Origin: Methylotenera sp.
GTDB taxonomy: Bacteria > Pseudomonadota > Gammaproteobacteria > Burkholderiales > Methylophilaceae
Direction of reading: 5' to 3'
DNA length: 64,000 bases
NCBI GenBank assembly: GCA_040079935.1
Contig: JBEBJI010000006.1
Location: 17,077 to 81,076 of the forward strand
In this document: positions 19,573 through 30,055 of the stretch, one piece after another
Layout: each line of letters begins with the position of its first letter
How positions within the stretch are numbered: the stretch's first letter is position 1
The notes under the pieces: generated by a model
What the model was told of the DNA's origin: nothing
Databases searched by the model: none
The model's input: only the letters and a program-made list of their open reading frames with translations
Position numbers and translations under genes: made by a program

Positions 19573-21051
19573 ATGATGAAAAAAACACTTAATTTAAAAC
19601 CAAAATTTAACTTAAAACTAAGCACGTATGTTGCACTACTCGCCTTGTCTGGTGCGACTTGCAGCGCTACTGCTGAAGAGGCGCCAGTGGCTGAAGATGA
19701 ATACACGTTTATGGATTCAGTGAAAGAAGGCAGGAGCTTAACCAGTTTTAGATTACGTTATGAAAATGTCGATCAAGATGGCGCTCAACCAGGTATTTTT
19801 GCAAATGGCAGCGCCAACCCCACCGCTACTCAAGAACTCAAAGATGCCGATTCCTTAACGCTACGCAGTTTAATTGGCTGGCAAACCGCGCCATACAACA
19901 ACTTTGGCTTTGCAGCACAACTGATTAGCGTGACAAAAATAATGGATGACTATAATGACAGTACCAACAATATACTCGTGAATGGCGCATCCAACCAAAG
20001 CAGAAATATTGAATATGCCAAAGTGGTTGATCCTTCCTACTTAGGTTTAAACCAATTATATATTGATTGGACTGGGTTCAAAAACACGCGCTTCCGCCTA
20101 GGGCGCCAACAAGTCAATTTGGACAATGTGCGTTTTATTGGCGATATTGGCTTTAGACAAGTGATGCAGGTATTTGATGGGGTTTCCGTACTCAATAAAA
20201 GTTTACCTGACACCGAAATCTTTGCTGCACATTTTGAAAAAATCACGCAAATCACTACAGAACAACGTGATGGTAATTTAGAAATCGCCAATATCCGCTA
20301 TCGCATCTCTCCTACCGAATTTTTAGTGGGTTATGGCTACTTATCCAATATTGATGATTTAGGCTTCGGTAATGCATGGTTTGGTGGCGCTTCACTTAAC
20401 AATCCTGGCAAGCTGAACATTAATGCAGACCAATCGAATAAAATATTTGGTTTGCGCTTAGATGGCACACATCCTTTCAACCCTAACTTTAGAGCGCACT
20501 ACACCGCTGAATACGCCAAACAAAGCGACTATGCAGATGGCGACAAGCGCATAGATGCGCATTATTACAAGCTGGGCGGCGGCTTGGGCTTTGATAATTT
20601 CAATATGCGTATCGATCAGGAATTGTTATCTAGCAACGACAGCAAATATGCTTTTCAAACGCCGTTTGGCACCAATCACTTGTTTCAAGGCTGGGTGGAC
20701 AAATTTTTAGCTACACCGCGCCAAGGTATTCAAGATACTTTTATCACAGCAACTTACAAGTATGATGATTTCCTATTTTTTGCTGATTATCACCTCATTA
20801 ATTCGGATGAAGATTTTAATACCATTGGCGGAGGTGCCGCAACGAGAGGCGACAAATATGGTACTGAATGGAACGTGGCAGCGACTTGGAATATCGACAA
20901 AAACTGGATGACCAAATTGGAATACGGTAAATTTAGCGAAGATGATCACTACGCGGCAACAGCAGCTACTTCAGCTAACACCATTCCCAATAATCGTGGC
21001 CGTTATCACGATACCGAAAAGCTTTGGGTAACGGCAATGTACACATTTTAA
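19573..21051 (+). CDS. Outer-membrane beta-barrel, alginate-export-family-like
   Basis: Signal peptide, RLRYENVDQ, GRQQVNLDNVRFIG, FQTPFGTNHLFQGW, terminal YTF. Confidence 0.75.
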   Translation: MMKKTLNLKPKFNLKLSTYVALLALSGATCSATAEEAPVAEDEYTFMDSVKEGRSLTSFRLRYENVDQDGAQPGIFANGSANPTATQELKDADSLTLRSLIGWQTAPYNNFGFAAQLISVTKIMDDYNDSTNNILVNGASNQSRNIEYAKVVDPSYLGLNQLYIDWTGFKNTRFRLGRQQVNLDNVRFIGDIGFRQVMQVFDGVSVLNKSLPDTEIFAAHFEKITQITTEQRDGNLEIANIRYRISPTEFLVGYGYLSNIDDLGFGNAWFGGASLNNPGKLNINADQSNKIFGLRLDGTHPFNPNFRAHYTAEYAKQSDYADGDKRIDAHYYKLGGGLGFDNFNMRIDQELLSSNDSKYAFQTPFGTNHLFQGWVDKFLATPRQGIQDTFITATYKYDDFLFFADYHLINSDEDFNTIGGGAATRGDKYGTEWNVAATWNIDKNWMTKLEYGKFSEDDHYAATAATSANTIPNNRGRYHDTEKLWVTAMYTF

Positions 21052-21061
21052 TTTGACAAGC

Positions 21062-21100
21062 ATGCCCTGTAAGCCGCATGGATATTGGTCTGCAGAGCAT
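21062..21100 (+). repeat. 39-bp palindromic repeat, intergenic copy
   Basis: ATGCCCTGTAAGCC GCATGGATATT GGTCTGCAGAGCAT. Confidence 0.92.
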
Positions 21101-21146
21101 GTTAATTGGAAATGTAACGTCGTGTTTATTTAAGTGATGTAAAAAT

Positions 21147-23573
21147 ATGCAAAAAATGAAACTCGTGGTGGTAGGCAACGGCATGGCGGGCATGCGCGTT
21201 GTGGAAGAGCTGCTGAAAATTGCGCCCGACATTTACGACATTACCGTGTTTGGCGACGAGCCCTACCCCAATTACAACCGCATTATGCTCTCACCCGTGT
21301 TGGCGAATGAGCAAACCATTAACGATATTATTTTGAATACACGTGAATGGTACGCCGAGCACAATATTACGCTGCACACCAGCGCACGCGTCAACAAAAT
21401 TGACCGCAAAAATCGCGTGGTCACCGCCGAAGGTGGCACAAGCGCGGAATATGATCGCCTCTTATTAGCAACTGGTTCTAAGCCTTTTATGTTGCCAATT
21501 GAAGGCGCAAATTTAAAGGGTGTGATTGGTTATCGCGACATTAAAGATACCAACGACATGATAGAAACTGCGAAAAAATACAAACACGCAGTAGTCATTG
21601 GCGGAGGCCTGCTTGGTTTGGAAGCCGCCAACGGTCTGAAGATTCAAGGCATGGACGTGACGGTGATTCACCGAAATGAGTGGCTGCTAGAGCGCCAATT
21701 AGATAAAAGCGCAGGCAAAATGCTGCAAAAAAGCTTAGAGGCAAAAGGCCTTAAGTTTCAGTTAAAACAAAACACCAAAGCGCTGTTTGGTAAAGACGGT
21801 CGCGTCACAACCATTCACTTTACTGATGGTAGTAGCTTGCCTGCCGAATTGGTGGTGATGGCAATTGGTATTCGACCGAATTTTGCACTGGCAGAATCGG
21901 CTGGCATTCATTGCGATAAAGGCATTGTAGTCAACGACACCATGCAAACTTACGATCCACGCGTGTATGCTGTGGGCGAATGCGTTGCGCATCGCGGTAT
22001 TTCATACGGCTTAGTTGCGCCATTATTTGAGATGGCCAAAGTATGCGCCACTCACTTGGCCAACTTTGGCATTGGCTTGTATAAAGGCTCCGTCACATCC
22101 ACCAAGCTTAAAGTCACTGGTATCGATTTATTCAGTGCGGGCGATTTTAGCGGCGGCGAAGGCACAGAAGAAATTGTTTTACATGACGCAGTTGGTGGAG
22201 TTTACAAAAAACTCGTGATTCAAGATGACAAAATCATCGGCGCTGTGCTGTATGGCGACACAGCGGATGGCGCGTGGTACTTCCAGATGCTTCGTGACGG
22301 CAAGGCGATTCACGAAATTCGCGATAATTTAATGTTCGGCCAAGATTCGCTCGGCAACACTGGCCATCAAGGTCAAGACAAAGCAGCAGCCATGACTAAC
22401 GAAATGGAAGTATGTGGCTGTAATGGCGTATGTAAAGGCACGATTGTGAAAGCCATTCAAGACCAAGGTTTATTCACCATCGACGATGTAAAAAAACAAA
22501 CTAAAGCTGGCTCTAGCTGCGGCAGTTGCGTAGGTTTGGTGGAACAAATTTTAGCTTCGACACTAGGCGGCGGCTATGCGCCCCCTTCTACCAGTAAATC
22601 AATTTGCGGTTGCTCAGATAAAAATCACGAAGAAGTCCGTGAGGAAATTCGCAAAAACAAACACCTCAATATTCCCGATGCGATGCGCGGCATGGCTTGG
22701 CGCACGCCCAATGGCTGTGCGAGTTGCAGACCCGCGCTAAATTATTACCTACTTTCAACTTGGCCACACGAAGCGGTGGATGATCCACAGTCACGTTTTA
22801 TTAATGAGCGTGTGCATGCCAACATTCAGAAAGACGGCACTTATTCTGTGATTCCGCGTATGTATGGTGGTGTCACCACACCAGACCAGCTGCGCAAAAT
22901 TGCCGATGTAGCCGACAAATACGCCGTACCAATGGTAAAAGTCACTGGTGGTCAGCGTATCGATTTGCTTGGCGTGAAGAAAGAGGACTTAGTGGGCATG
23001 TGGAAAGATTTGGACATGCCTTCAGGCTACGCATATGCCAAAGGCATTCGCACTGTGAAAACCTGCGTGGGTTCTGAGTTCTGTCGTTTTGGTACGCAAA
23101 ATTCTACGCAGATGGGCATTGATATCGAAAAAGCCTTCGACCATATGTGGGCGCCACATAAAGTAAAATTTGCGGTATCTGGTTGTCCTAGAAATTGCGC
23201 AGAATCAGGCATTAAAGACGTTGGTATTATCGGCGTAGATTCTGGCTGGGAGATTTACGTAGGCGGCAACGGTGGCATTAAAACAGAAGTTGCTCAATTT
23301 TTGTGCAAAGTAAAAACGCACGATGAAGTGCTGGAATACTCTGGCGCATTCATTCAAATTTATCGCGAAGAAGCACGCTATTTAGACCGCACCGTACACT
23401 GGATTGAGCGCGTAGGTCTGGAATACGTAAAGCAACGCGTTTTAGAAGATGCAGAAGGTCGCAAAGCAGCCTATGAGCGCTTGTTATATGCCTTACAGGG
23501 CGCAGTTAACCCGTGGGCTGAGCGTGTTGAAAATAGGGAAAAACATAAAGAATTTGAGACTATTACCATATAA
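21147..23573 (+). CDS. nirB: Assimilatory NAD(P)H nitrite reductase large subunit
   Basis: VVGNGMAG, GGGLLGLE, two BFD-like Cys clusters, siroheme CVGSEFC and SGCPRNC. Confidence 0.97.
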   Translation: MQKMKLVVVGNGMAGMRVVEELLKIAPDIYDITVFGDEPYPNYNRIMLSPVLANEQTINDIILNTREWYAEHNITLHTSARVNKIDRKNRVVTAEGGTSAEYDRLLLATGSKPFMLPIEGANLKGVIGYRDIKDTNDMIETAKKYKHAVVIGGGLLGLEAANGLKIQGMDVTVIHRNEWLLERQLDKSAGKMLQKSLEAKGLKFQLKQNTKALFGKDGRVTTIHFTDGSSLPAELVVMAIGIRPNFALAESAGIHCDKGIVVNDTMQTYDPRVYAVGECVAHRGISYGLVAPLFEMAKVCATHLANFGIGLYKGSVTSTKLKVTGIDLFSAGDFSGGEGTEEIVLHDAVGGVYKKLVIQDDKIIGAVLYGDTADGAWYFQMLRDGKAIHEIRDNLMFGQDSLGNTGHQGQDKAAAMTNEMEVCGCNGVCKGTIVKAIQDQGLFTIDDVKKQTKAGSSCGSCVGLVEQILASTLGGGYAPPSTSKSICGCSDKNHEEVREEIRKNKHLNIPDAMRGMAWRTPNGCASCRPALNYYLLSTWPHEAVDDPQSRFINERVHANIQKDGTYSVIPRMYGGVTTPDQLRKIADVADKYAVPMVKVTGGQRIDLLGVKKEDLVGMWKDLDMPSGYAYAKGIRTVKTCVGSEFCRFGTQNSTQMGIDIEKAFDHMWAPHKVKFAVSGCPRNCAESGIKDVGIIGVDSGWEIYVGGNGGIKTEVAQFLCKVKTHDEVLEYSGAFIQIYREEARYLDRTVHWIERVGLEYVKQRVLEDAEGRKAAYERLLYALQGAVNPWAERVENREKHKEFETITI

Positions 23574-23612
23574 CCATTGAGTCCTATTTCATTAATTTTT
23601 TGAAAGATAAGT

Positions 23613-23924
23613 ATGATGCAATGGATTAAAATCGCACCATTTGATGAAATTCCAAAGCTAGGCGCGCGCGTAGTGCGTACAAAAGACATCGATATTGGCG
23701 TATTCCGCACTGAAGATGACCGAATTTTTGCCATTAACAATAGTTGCCCGCACAAGGGTGGGCCTTTGTCGCAAGGCATTGTCTATGGCGACAAAGTGGC
23801 TTGCCCTTTGCATTCGTGGAAAATCAGCTTGGTGGATGGTAGAGCAGAAGAACCAGATGAGGGCGAAACCGCGTGTTTTAACACTAAAATTGAAGATGGT
23901 TTTGTCTATTTAGAGCTTAAATGA
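23613..23924 (+). CDS. nirD: Nitrite reductase small (Rieske) subunit
   Basis: CPHKG...CPLH. Confidence 0.95.
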   Translation: MMQWIKIAPFDEIPKLGARVVRTKDIDIGVFRTEDDRIFAINNSCPHKGGPLSQGIVYGDKVACPLHSWKISLVDGRAEEPDEGETACFNTKIEDGFVYLELK

Positions 23925-26656
23925 TCAAAGAAACCAAAAGCACTTGTTGCTACTGTGGCGTGGGTTGCGGCGTGATTATTGAGTCGCAAAATGAAAAAAT
24001 TATTCACGTAAAGGGCGATCCTGATCATCCAGCTAACTTTGGCCGCTTATGTACCAAAGGCGCAACGCTGCACTTAAGTGCCAAAATGGATAATCGCGCA
24101 CTATATCCCGAAATTCGACTAAGTCGCGAGTCAAGCAGGAAGCGGGTTTCATGGGATATTTCACTCGATTATTTAACCGAAAAGTTCGCACAAACTATAG
24201 AAGAACATGGGTCAGATTCGGTTGCGTTTTATATTTCAGGTCAATTAATGACCGAAGATTATTATGTATTTAACAAACTCGCCAAGGGTTTGATTGGCAC
24301 CAATAATGTCGATACCAATTCGCGGCTGTGTATGTCTTCCGCCGTGACGGGTTACAAAGCCACGCTAGGCGCAGACGCCCCACCCGCTTGCTACGAAGAT
24401 ATCGACCACACTAATTGTTTGTTTATTGCGGGTAGCAACACCGCGTTTGCGCATCCTGTGATATTTAGGCGCATTGAAGACGCGAAAGCCAAAAATCCAA
24501 ACTTAAAAATCATCGTGGTCGATCCGCGCAAAACTGATACTGCACAGGCTTCCGATTTGCACCTCGCTATTTTACCTGGCACAGATGTCGCTCTATTTAA
24601 TGGACTTTTGCACGTGATGCTGTGGGAAGGTTTGCTGGACATGGCTTTTATACAAGCGCATACCAACGGTTTTGAAGCGCTGAAAGACACTGTGCGCGAA
24701 TATACGCCCAAAATGGTTGCGGATATTTGCGGCATTAAAGAAAGCGATATTATCCAAGCCGCCAAATGGTTTGGCAAAGGGCCGACCTTAAGCATGTATT
24801 GCATGGGTTTAAATCAAAGTATTCATGGCACGGATAAGAATGCCGCACTTATTAACTTGCATCTAGCCACTGGACAAATAGGCAAGCCTGGCGCAGGACC
24901 ATTCTCACTCACAGGTCAGCCAAATGCCATGGGCGGTCGCGAAGTGGGTGGCATGGCAAATTTGCTCTCAGCGCATCGAGATTTAAATAATCCACAGCAT
25001 CGTGCAGAAATAGCCAAATTCTGGGGCGTACAGGATGTGCCAGCAACTGCGGGTAAAACTGCGGTAGAAATGTTTGATGCAGTTAAAAGTGGCGAAATTA
25101 AAGCTATTTGGATTGCTTGTACCAATCCTGCGCAATCGATGCCTGATTTGAATAATGTGCTAGAGGCCTTAAATACGGCTGAATTTGTTGTGGTGCAAGA
25201 TGCGTTTAACAACACCAGTACTAGCCCTTATGCAGATGTATTGCTGCCAGCCAGCACTTGGGGCGAAAAAGAAGGTACTGTCACTAACTCGGAACGTCGC
25301 ATTACTCGCGTCAATCCAGCCGTAGCGCCACCTGCAGAGGCGCGACACGATTGGGCGATTATGGTGGATTTTGCACAGCGCTTAGAGAAACGGCTAGCGA
25401 AAAATAGCAATTTATTTCCATACACCAGCACTGAAGAAATCTTTAACGAGCATCGCGAAACCACGCGTGGTCGCGATTTGGATATTACTGGCTTAAGTTT
25501 TAAATTATTAAATGAAAAAGGTCCGCAACAATGGCCTTTTAAACAAGGCCAAGAACACGGAGCGACGCGGCTTTACGAAGATGGTATTTTTCAAAAACCA
25601 GACGGTCGTGCGCAATTTGTCAACGCCACCTACAAGCCGCAAGCCGATAAAACCGACGCGCGGCATCCACTACACTTGCTTACTGGCCGCTTGCGTGACC
25701 AATGGCACGGCATGAGCCGCACCGCTAACGTCGCGCAGCTGTTTAACCATGCAGAAGAACCCGTCATTCAAATCAGCGCTGATGACATGATGCGCCGCAA
25801 CTTAAAAAATGGCGATATTGTCAAAGTGAGCAACAAACGTGGTAGTTTGGTGTTGCCAGCGCAAACATCGGACGAAGTACAACCCGCGCAGACGTTTATC
25901 GCCATGCATTGGGGTAGCAAGTTTATGCATGGCTTGGGCGTGAACGCACTGATGCCGCCAAATTTTGATAAAACCTCGAAACAGCCAGAGCTAAAGCATA
26001 CCGCGATTAAGCTGGAAAAACTAGAACTGCCTTGGCGCATGACGATTATGCATAGCTGCCAAGATTTAACTTTGTTGGAAAAAGTACGTGCGCTGATGCC
26101 GCAATTTACCTATGCAAGTTGTGGTTTATTTGGGCGCGAAACTGAAAGCAATAAAGCGGGTCTGTTGATTTTACGTGCTGCTAATGAAGCCTCACCAGCG
26201 CTTGAGTTGATAGAACAAATTGACGAAATTTTAGGCATGACAGAAGACTCGCCCTGCCTGAATTATAACGATGCTAAGCGCGCCATTAGCAAACGTATTT
26301 TGGTTGAAAATAATGCGATTAGCGGCAAGCCAGAAGTAACTGGCGTGCGCTTGATGGGCGAAACGCTGGCGGCAGAATGGCTAAAAGAAGTGATGACAGA
26401 AGGCACATTCACTGATGAGTTGCGGCGCTGGGCGCTAGCACCTTTATCCGCGCCACCTTCAGGCCAAGTGGGGCGCGGAAAAATTGTGTGTAACTGCCTA
26501 GATATTTCGCAAAATGAAATTATAGAAAACATTGAATTGGGCGCAGACTTAATTACGCTGCAAAACAAACTGAAATGCGGTACTGAGTGTGGTTCTTGTG
26601 TACCAGAGCTAAAACGGCTAGTGCATACACACAGCAAGATTTTTGTTGTCAATTAA
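23921..26656 (+). CDS. nasA: Assimilatory nitrate reductase catalytic subunit
   Basis: CCYCGVGC...LCTKG, SRLCMSS, GQPNAMGGRE, C-terminal CNC...CGTECGSC. Confidence 0.97.
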   Translation: MIKETKSTCCYCGVGCGVIIESQNEKIIHVKGDPDHPANFGRLCTKGATLHLSAKMDNRALYPEIRLSRESSRKRVSWDISLDYLTEKFAQTIEEHGSDSVAFYISGQLMTEDYYVFNKLAKGLIGTNNVDTNSRLCMSSAVTGYKATLGADAPPACYEDIDHTNCLFIAGSNTAFAHPVIFRRIEDAKAKNPNLKIIVVDPRKTDTAQASDLHLAILPGTDVALFNGLLHVMLWEGLLDMAFIQAHTNGFEALKDTVREYTPKMVADICGIKESDIIQAAKWFGKGPTLSMYCMGLNQSIHGTDKNAALINLHLATGQIGKPGAGPFSLTGQPNAMGGREVGGMANLLSAHRDLNNPQHRAEIAKFWGVQDVPATAGKTAVEMFDAVKSGEIKAIWIACTNPAQSMPDLNNVLEALNTAEFVVVQDAFNNTSTSPYADVLLPASTWGEKEGTVTNSERRITRVNPAVAPPAEARHDWAIMVDFAQRLEKRLAKNSNLFPYTSTEEIFNEHRETTRGRDLDITGLSFKLLNEKGPQQWPFKQGQEHGATRLYEDGIFQKPDGRAQFVNATYKPQADKTDARHPLHLLTGRLRDQWHGMSRTANVAQLFNHAEEPVIQISADDMMRRNLKNGDIVKVSNKRGSLVLPAQTSDEVQPAQTFIAMHWGSKFMHGLGVNALMPPNFDKTSKQPELKHTAIKLEKLELPWRMTIMHSCQDLTLLEKVRALMPQFTYASCGLFGRETESNKAGLLILRAANEASPALELIEQIDEILGMTEDSPCLNYNDAKRAISKRILVENNAISGKPEVTGVRLMGETLAAEWLKEVMTEGTFTDELRRWALAPLSAPPSGQVGRGKIVCNCLDISQNEIIENIELGADLITLQNKLKCGTECGSCVPELKRLVHTHSKIFVVN

Positions 26657-26668
26657 ACTTTAAAATAA

Positions 26669-26707
26669 GTGCTCTGTAACCCACATGGATATTGGCCTAC
26701 AGGCCAG
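26669..26707 (+). repeat. 39-bp palindromic repeat, intergenic copy between convergent genes
   Basis: GTGCTCTGTAACCC ACATGGATATT GGCCTACAGGCCAG. Confidence 0.88.
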
Positions 26708-26715
26708 TATTAAAT

Positions 26716-27786
26716 TCATCTATTACATTGATTCATGGCTATTTCCGCCTGTGAACATTTGCGCTCCGAGCCATTGGTAACACTTTCTTTGACGGTTTCC
26801 CAACCTGATTTTTCACCAGTTGCAGCTTTTTCCAGTTTTGGTTCGGCAGGTTTTGTTGCAATGCTTATTGCAGCTTTTTCAGGTTTATTTGCAGTTGCTT
26901 GCTCTTCAACTGTAGTTTTTTTCTGAAGCTGCTTCCTTACCACTTTAACTTTTGGCTCTTCTGTTTTTTCTTCGTTTTCAATGATTTCATCTTCAGTTGG
27001 TTTAGCTTCTTCAACTAGCTTGGTCACTACAGCTGGCGTTACATCTGGTTTTGAGGGCGTTTTCACCGCCACAGGTGGCTCCATCGTAATCGTCGGTTCA
27101 GTGGGCGATGAAACTAATTTCCCTAATATAAAAAAACCTGCCAGCGCCAAAAAACCAAGGCCAATATAATTCCAATTGATTTTACTTGCAAAGGTTTGTC
27201 CCACTTCTACATCGGCAATATCGGTAGGAATAGATGGAGCCTCTTCTGCTGCCGCCCCCTTCAGTAAACGCACGGCATAAATATCATGCTCATGCGCGTG
27301 CATTTCGTATTTCTCAAACATCTGCGCCATTTCTTGAGTCAATTTTGAGGCCATATCAAAATAGCCTTGAGAAACCAAAATTTGATTCGGTTCAGCAAAG
27401 CTCATAATACTTTGCGCCTCATCTATGCCTTCGCCAACCAAGCCTTTTTTAAGTGTGCGCACCGCACCCAAATTGATGCCAAACTGCACGTATAAAGGCG
27501 TTGCACCGTGTGTATTGTTTTTTAAAATCTCATCGCGAATGGTAATTGAGATAAAAAGTGCGTCTTCCAACGCATCTTCTAGTGGGCCGGTACAAGCAAT
27601 GTGCACTCCATTAGCTGTTTCAACAATCTCGCGATCCTCTTGCGGCACGTCAATCACCGCATTCTGAATAAAGCTATTCAACAGATTTTTAAGTTCTGTT
27701 TGTTCGGACTCGGTTTTTTTAGAATAATCAATAATCTCTAAAGCAACTACGTTGCAAATCGACGCCTTCTTAAGTTTGTCATTCAT
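26716..27786 (-). CDS. Class III nucleotide-cyclase-like domain, TM helix and low-complexity tail (degenerate active site)
   Basis: VALEIIDYSK, VQFGINLGAV, VGEGIDEAQSIMSFAEPNQILVS resemble the cyclase fold; TM at NYIGLGFLALAGFFILG. Confidence 0.7.
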   Translation of the reverse strand: MNDKLKKASICNVVALEIIDYSKKTESEQTELKNLLNSFIQNAVIDVPQEDREIVETANGVHIACTGPLEDALEDALFISITIRDEILKNNTHGATPLYVQFGINLGAVRTLKKGLVGEGIDEAQSIMSFAEPNQILVSQGYFDMASKLTQEMAQMFEKYEMHAHEHDIYAVRLLKGAAAEEAPSIPTDIADVEVGQTFASKINWNYIGLGFLALAGFFILGKLVSSPTEPTITMEPPVAVKTPSKPDVTPAVVTKLVEEAKPTEDEIIENEEKTEEPKVKVVRKQLQKKTTVEEQATANKPEKAAISIATKPAEPKLEKAATGEKSGWETVKESVTNGSERKCSQAEIAMNQCNR

Positions 27787-28071
27787 AATATTATGCTATT
27801 TCCTGACCACGGACATCTATATTAATCACAAAAACTTAATATTTCAATAGTTTAGATTTTTTCGCTAAACTAAATTATAGAATAATATAAGGCTGAATTC
27901 GTACTAAATTACACTGCAAGATATGCGTTAGTGTGCCAGAATTGAAAACCTCGATTCCATCACAAGGTAAAAAATGAGAATTAGCACTATAAGGATAAAC
28001 AGACAATATTTTATGCAAGACTGATAATGCATTTTCCACTGCCAATAACAAAAATGAGTTGGGCTTATAGG

Positions 28072-29223
28072 TTAAACTTCTTTAATGATTTTCTGGTAAA
28101 TTTCAACGGCTTTAGTTTCGACTAATGCAACATCATCAAATTGCACAGCTTGGCCAGGCTCAATATCTCTGACGACAGGTGTGTTTTGTAGTAAGCAAAT
28201 AGGTACTGCATTTAGGTTATCTTTCAATTGCACAGCAACTCCACGCACATCAAAACCACCTGCACCACGCTCTATTGTTTCACCTTTTAGAATTTTTCTC
28301 TTAGCCACAGCAGAAACGGTAAGTGTTGGATTAGAAGAGTTGTTTAACAACATGCCTTCGCCAGCAACCACTCTACGCAAGGTGTTAAGGGCTTCTAAAT
28401 GGCACAAATGGTAAGGCCGCAATAAAATATAACCTAGTTTTTCTTTGGTTTTTAATGGGCCAACAATGTAGTTGCCTAACCTATCCGCTTGTTTGTTTTT
28501 TGCTACGATAAGCTCACCTGGAGGCGCGCCTTTACATAAAACAAAATCACTAATAGGCTGTTTAGCTTCTTCAGAAGCTCTAATTAAATAGTCCAAATCA
28601 TTTAAGGTTTCAACTGTTTTACCAAACATACCACCCGGTGGGATAGTTGCGCCTAAACCATTTGCAACGAAAGCCTGTTCAATTTGTAATTTAGAACCAT
28701 CAGTAAATGAAACCACTTGTTCTAATCTGATGCCTTGCTGCTCAGACCAGTATTCCATGTCTTTACGAATTGGGTTTAAATTAATAAACCCTTTAATGTT
28801 AACGTAGGCACAGGGCTCAAAACCCATACCTTCAATTTCAGTTTTAAGTCGCGCTAAACATCCAGGTTGATCGCCATCTGCATCTGTCACATACGCGCCT
28901 TGCTTAACAAAGTAAGAGCCTGTAGTGACATGAAACTCTGCATTGAGTGTGACCACTTTTTTATTCGCTTTAACCGCGGCTAACACCACTTCAGTGGCGT
29001 GCATAACATCACCAGAGCATTCAAACACAATGTCTGATTCGTCAATGAGTTGATTTAGCGAGTAAGTAAGATATTCGCTTGGAATATCTTTTACAGTATC
29101 GATAGGCCTGCGAGTAAGCACTTTGGATACTTTAAAGTCGCTAGCTTCAGAAATTAATGCGAATAAGCCATTTGCTATAAAGCCAGTGCCTACGATGCCA
29201 ACAGAAGTTTTCTGATGATTCAA
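28072..29223 (-). CDS. NAD(P)-binding oxidoreductase with C-terminal SAF domain (homoserine-dehydrogenase-like)
   Basis: VGIVGTGFIA Rossmann motif, ADGDQPG, DGSKLQIEQ, YILLRPYHL, VAKRKILKGE; TTG at 29223 has an AAGGA RBS. Confidence 0.8.
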   Translation of the reverse strand: MNHQKTSVGIVGTGFIANGLFALISEASDFKVSKVLTRRPIDTVKDIPSEYLTYSLNQLIDESDIVFECSGDVMHATEVVLAAVKANKKVVTLNAEFHVTTGSYFVKQGAYVTDADGDQPGCLARLKTEIEGMGFEPCAYVNIKGFINLNPIRKDMEYWSEQQGIRLEQVVSFTDGSKLQIEQAFVANGLGATIPPGGMFGKTVETLNDLDYLIRASEEAKQPISDFVLCKGAPPGELIVAKNKQADRLGNYIVGPLKTKEKLGYILLRPYHLCHLEALNTLRRVVAGEGMLLNNSSNPTLTVSAVAKRKILKGETIERGAGGFDVRGVAVQLKDNLNAVPICLLQNTPVVRDIEPGQAVQFDDVALVETKAVEIYQKIIKEV

Positions 29224-29429
29224 CTTTGTTCCTTGATGTTTAGCTGGTGCATTATTCTTAAATGAGCAAGTAAAAGTAATTAAAACCAACCAGTCTAGCT
29301 GTGATTTTAAAATCAGATACCATAATAAATTATAACCTAACATGGTGAATCAGAGATAAGTTCTTACATGAGGCTAAATTTAGCTGAGGAACATGAAAAT
29401 CCATGTCAACTCAAGTGACTTTAGAATAA

Positions 29430-29468
29430 AGGCCTTAGAACTCTCATGGATATTGAGCCGAAGACCCG
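29430..29468 (+). repeat. 39-bp palindromic repeat, degenerate intergenic copy
   Basis: AGGCCTTAGAACTC TCATGGATATT GAGCCGAAGACCCG. Confidence 0.6.
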
Positions 29469-29589
29469 TTCTGGAACGTTTCAGTCCAGCGGCATATGAA
29501 TTTAAATACTTTTAGCTAGTCCTTATTTTTACAATCACTTTGAATAGATACATAGCTTTATCAAAAAAATTATGCATTTAATATTCAAT

Positions 29590-29979
29590 TTAACTAGCTG
29601 CATTCCAAACATGTGAACTTATTTGCCATTTACCATCGCCACCTTACTCTAGCACGCTCATGGTGATGCCACCAAAAGAGGGCTTCTTTCCATCTGTTTC
29701 TGCGCCGTGTGCGTTCCATCTGGAGTCTTGGTATATCACTTTATCACCGCCGCCGGTTTTAATGATTTCTAAGGTGTGGTCATGCACGCCATTTTTTATA
29801 AACCAATTAAATAAGTGCTCGATTTCAATACGCCCAACGAGTTCCTTACCATCTCCAGCAGAAAGTATTGCATTTTCTGCATACAGCTTTGCCAACCCTT
29901 TAATATTGCCAGTATTTAGTGCATGATTCCAAGCTGAATTGCCTGCCTCAATGATCGAATTAATATCGTTGTTATTCAT
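29590..29979 (-). pseudogene. NTF2/SnoaL-like (DUF4440/YybH) gene with in-frame stop
   Basis: SVLE-TAA(29644-29646)-GGDGKWQISSHVWNAAS-stop; the family-like C-terminus continues in the same frame. Confidence 0.8.
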
Positions 29980-30055
29980 TTCAACTGCTCCTAGTAAGTG
30001 TTATTCAAAATATTGTTTTTCTTTCAAGCGCACCACTTCATTCAAGCTAAAGCGT

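Noticed and set aside
27915-27939. Possible sigma54 promoter for the cyclase-like gene
   Set aside because: GG-to-GC spacing is 9 nt, not the required 10.
29224-29343. N-terminal extension of the SAF oxidoreductase
   Set aside because: The RBS and Rossmann motif position favour TTG at 29223.
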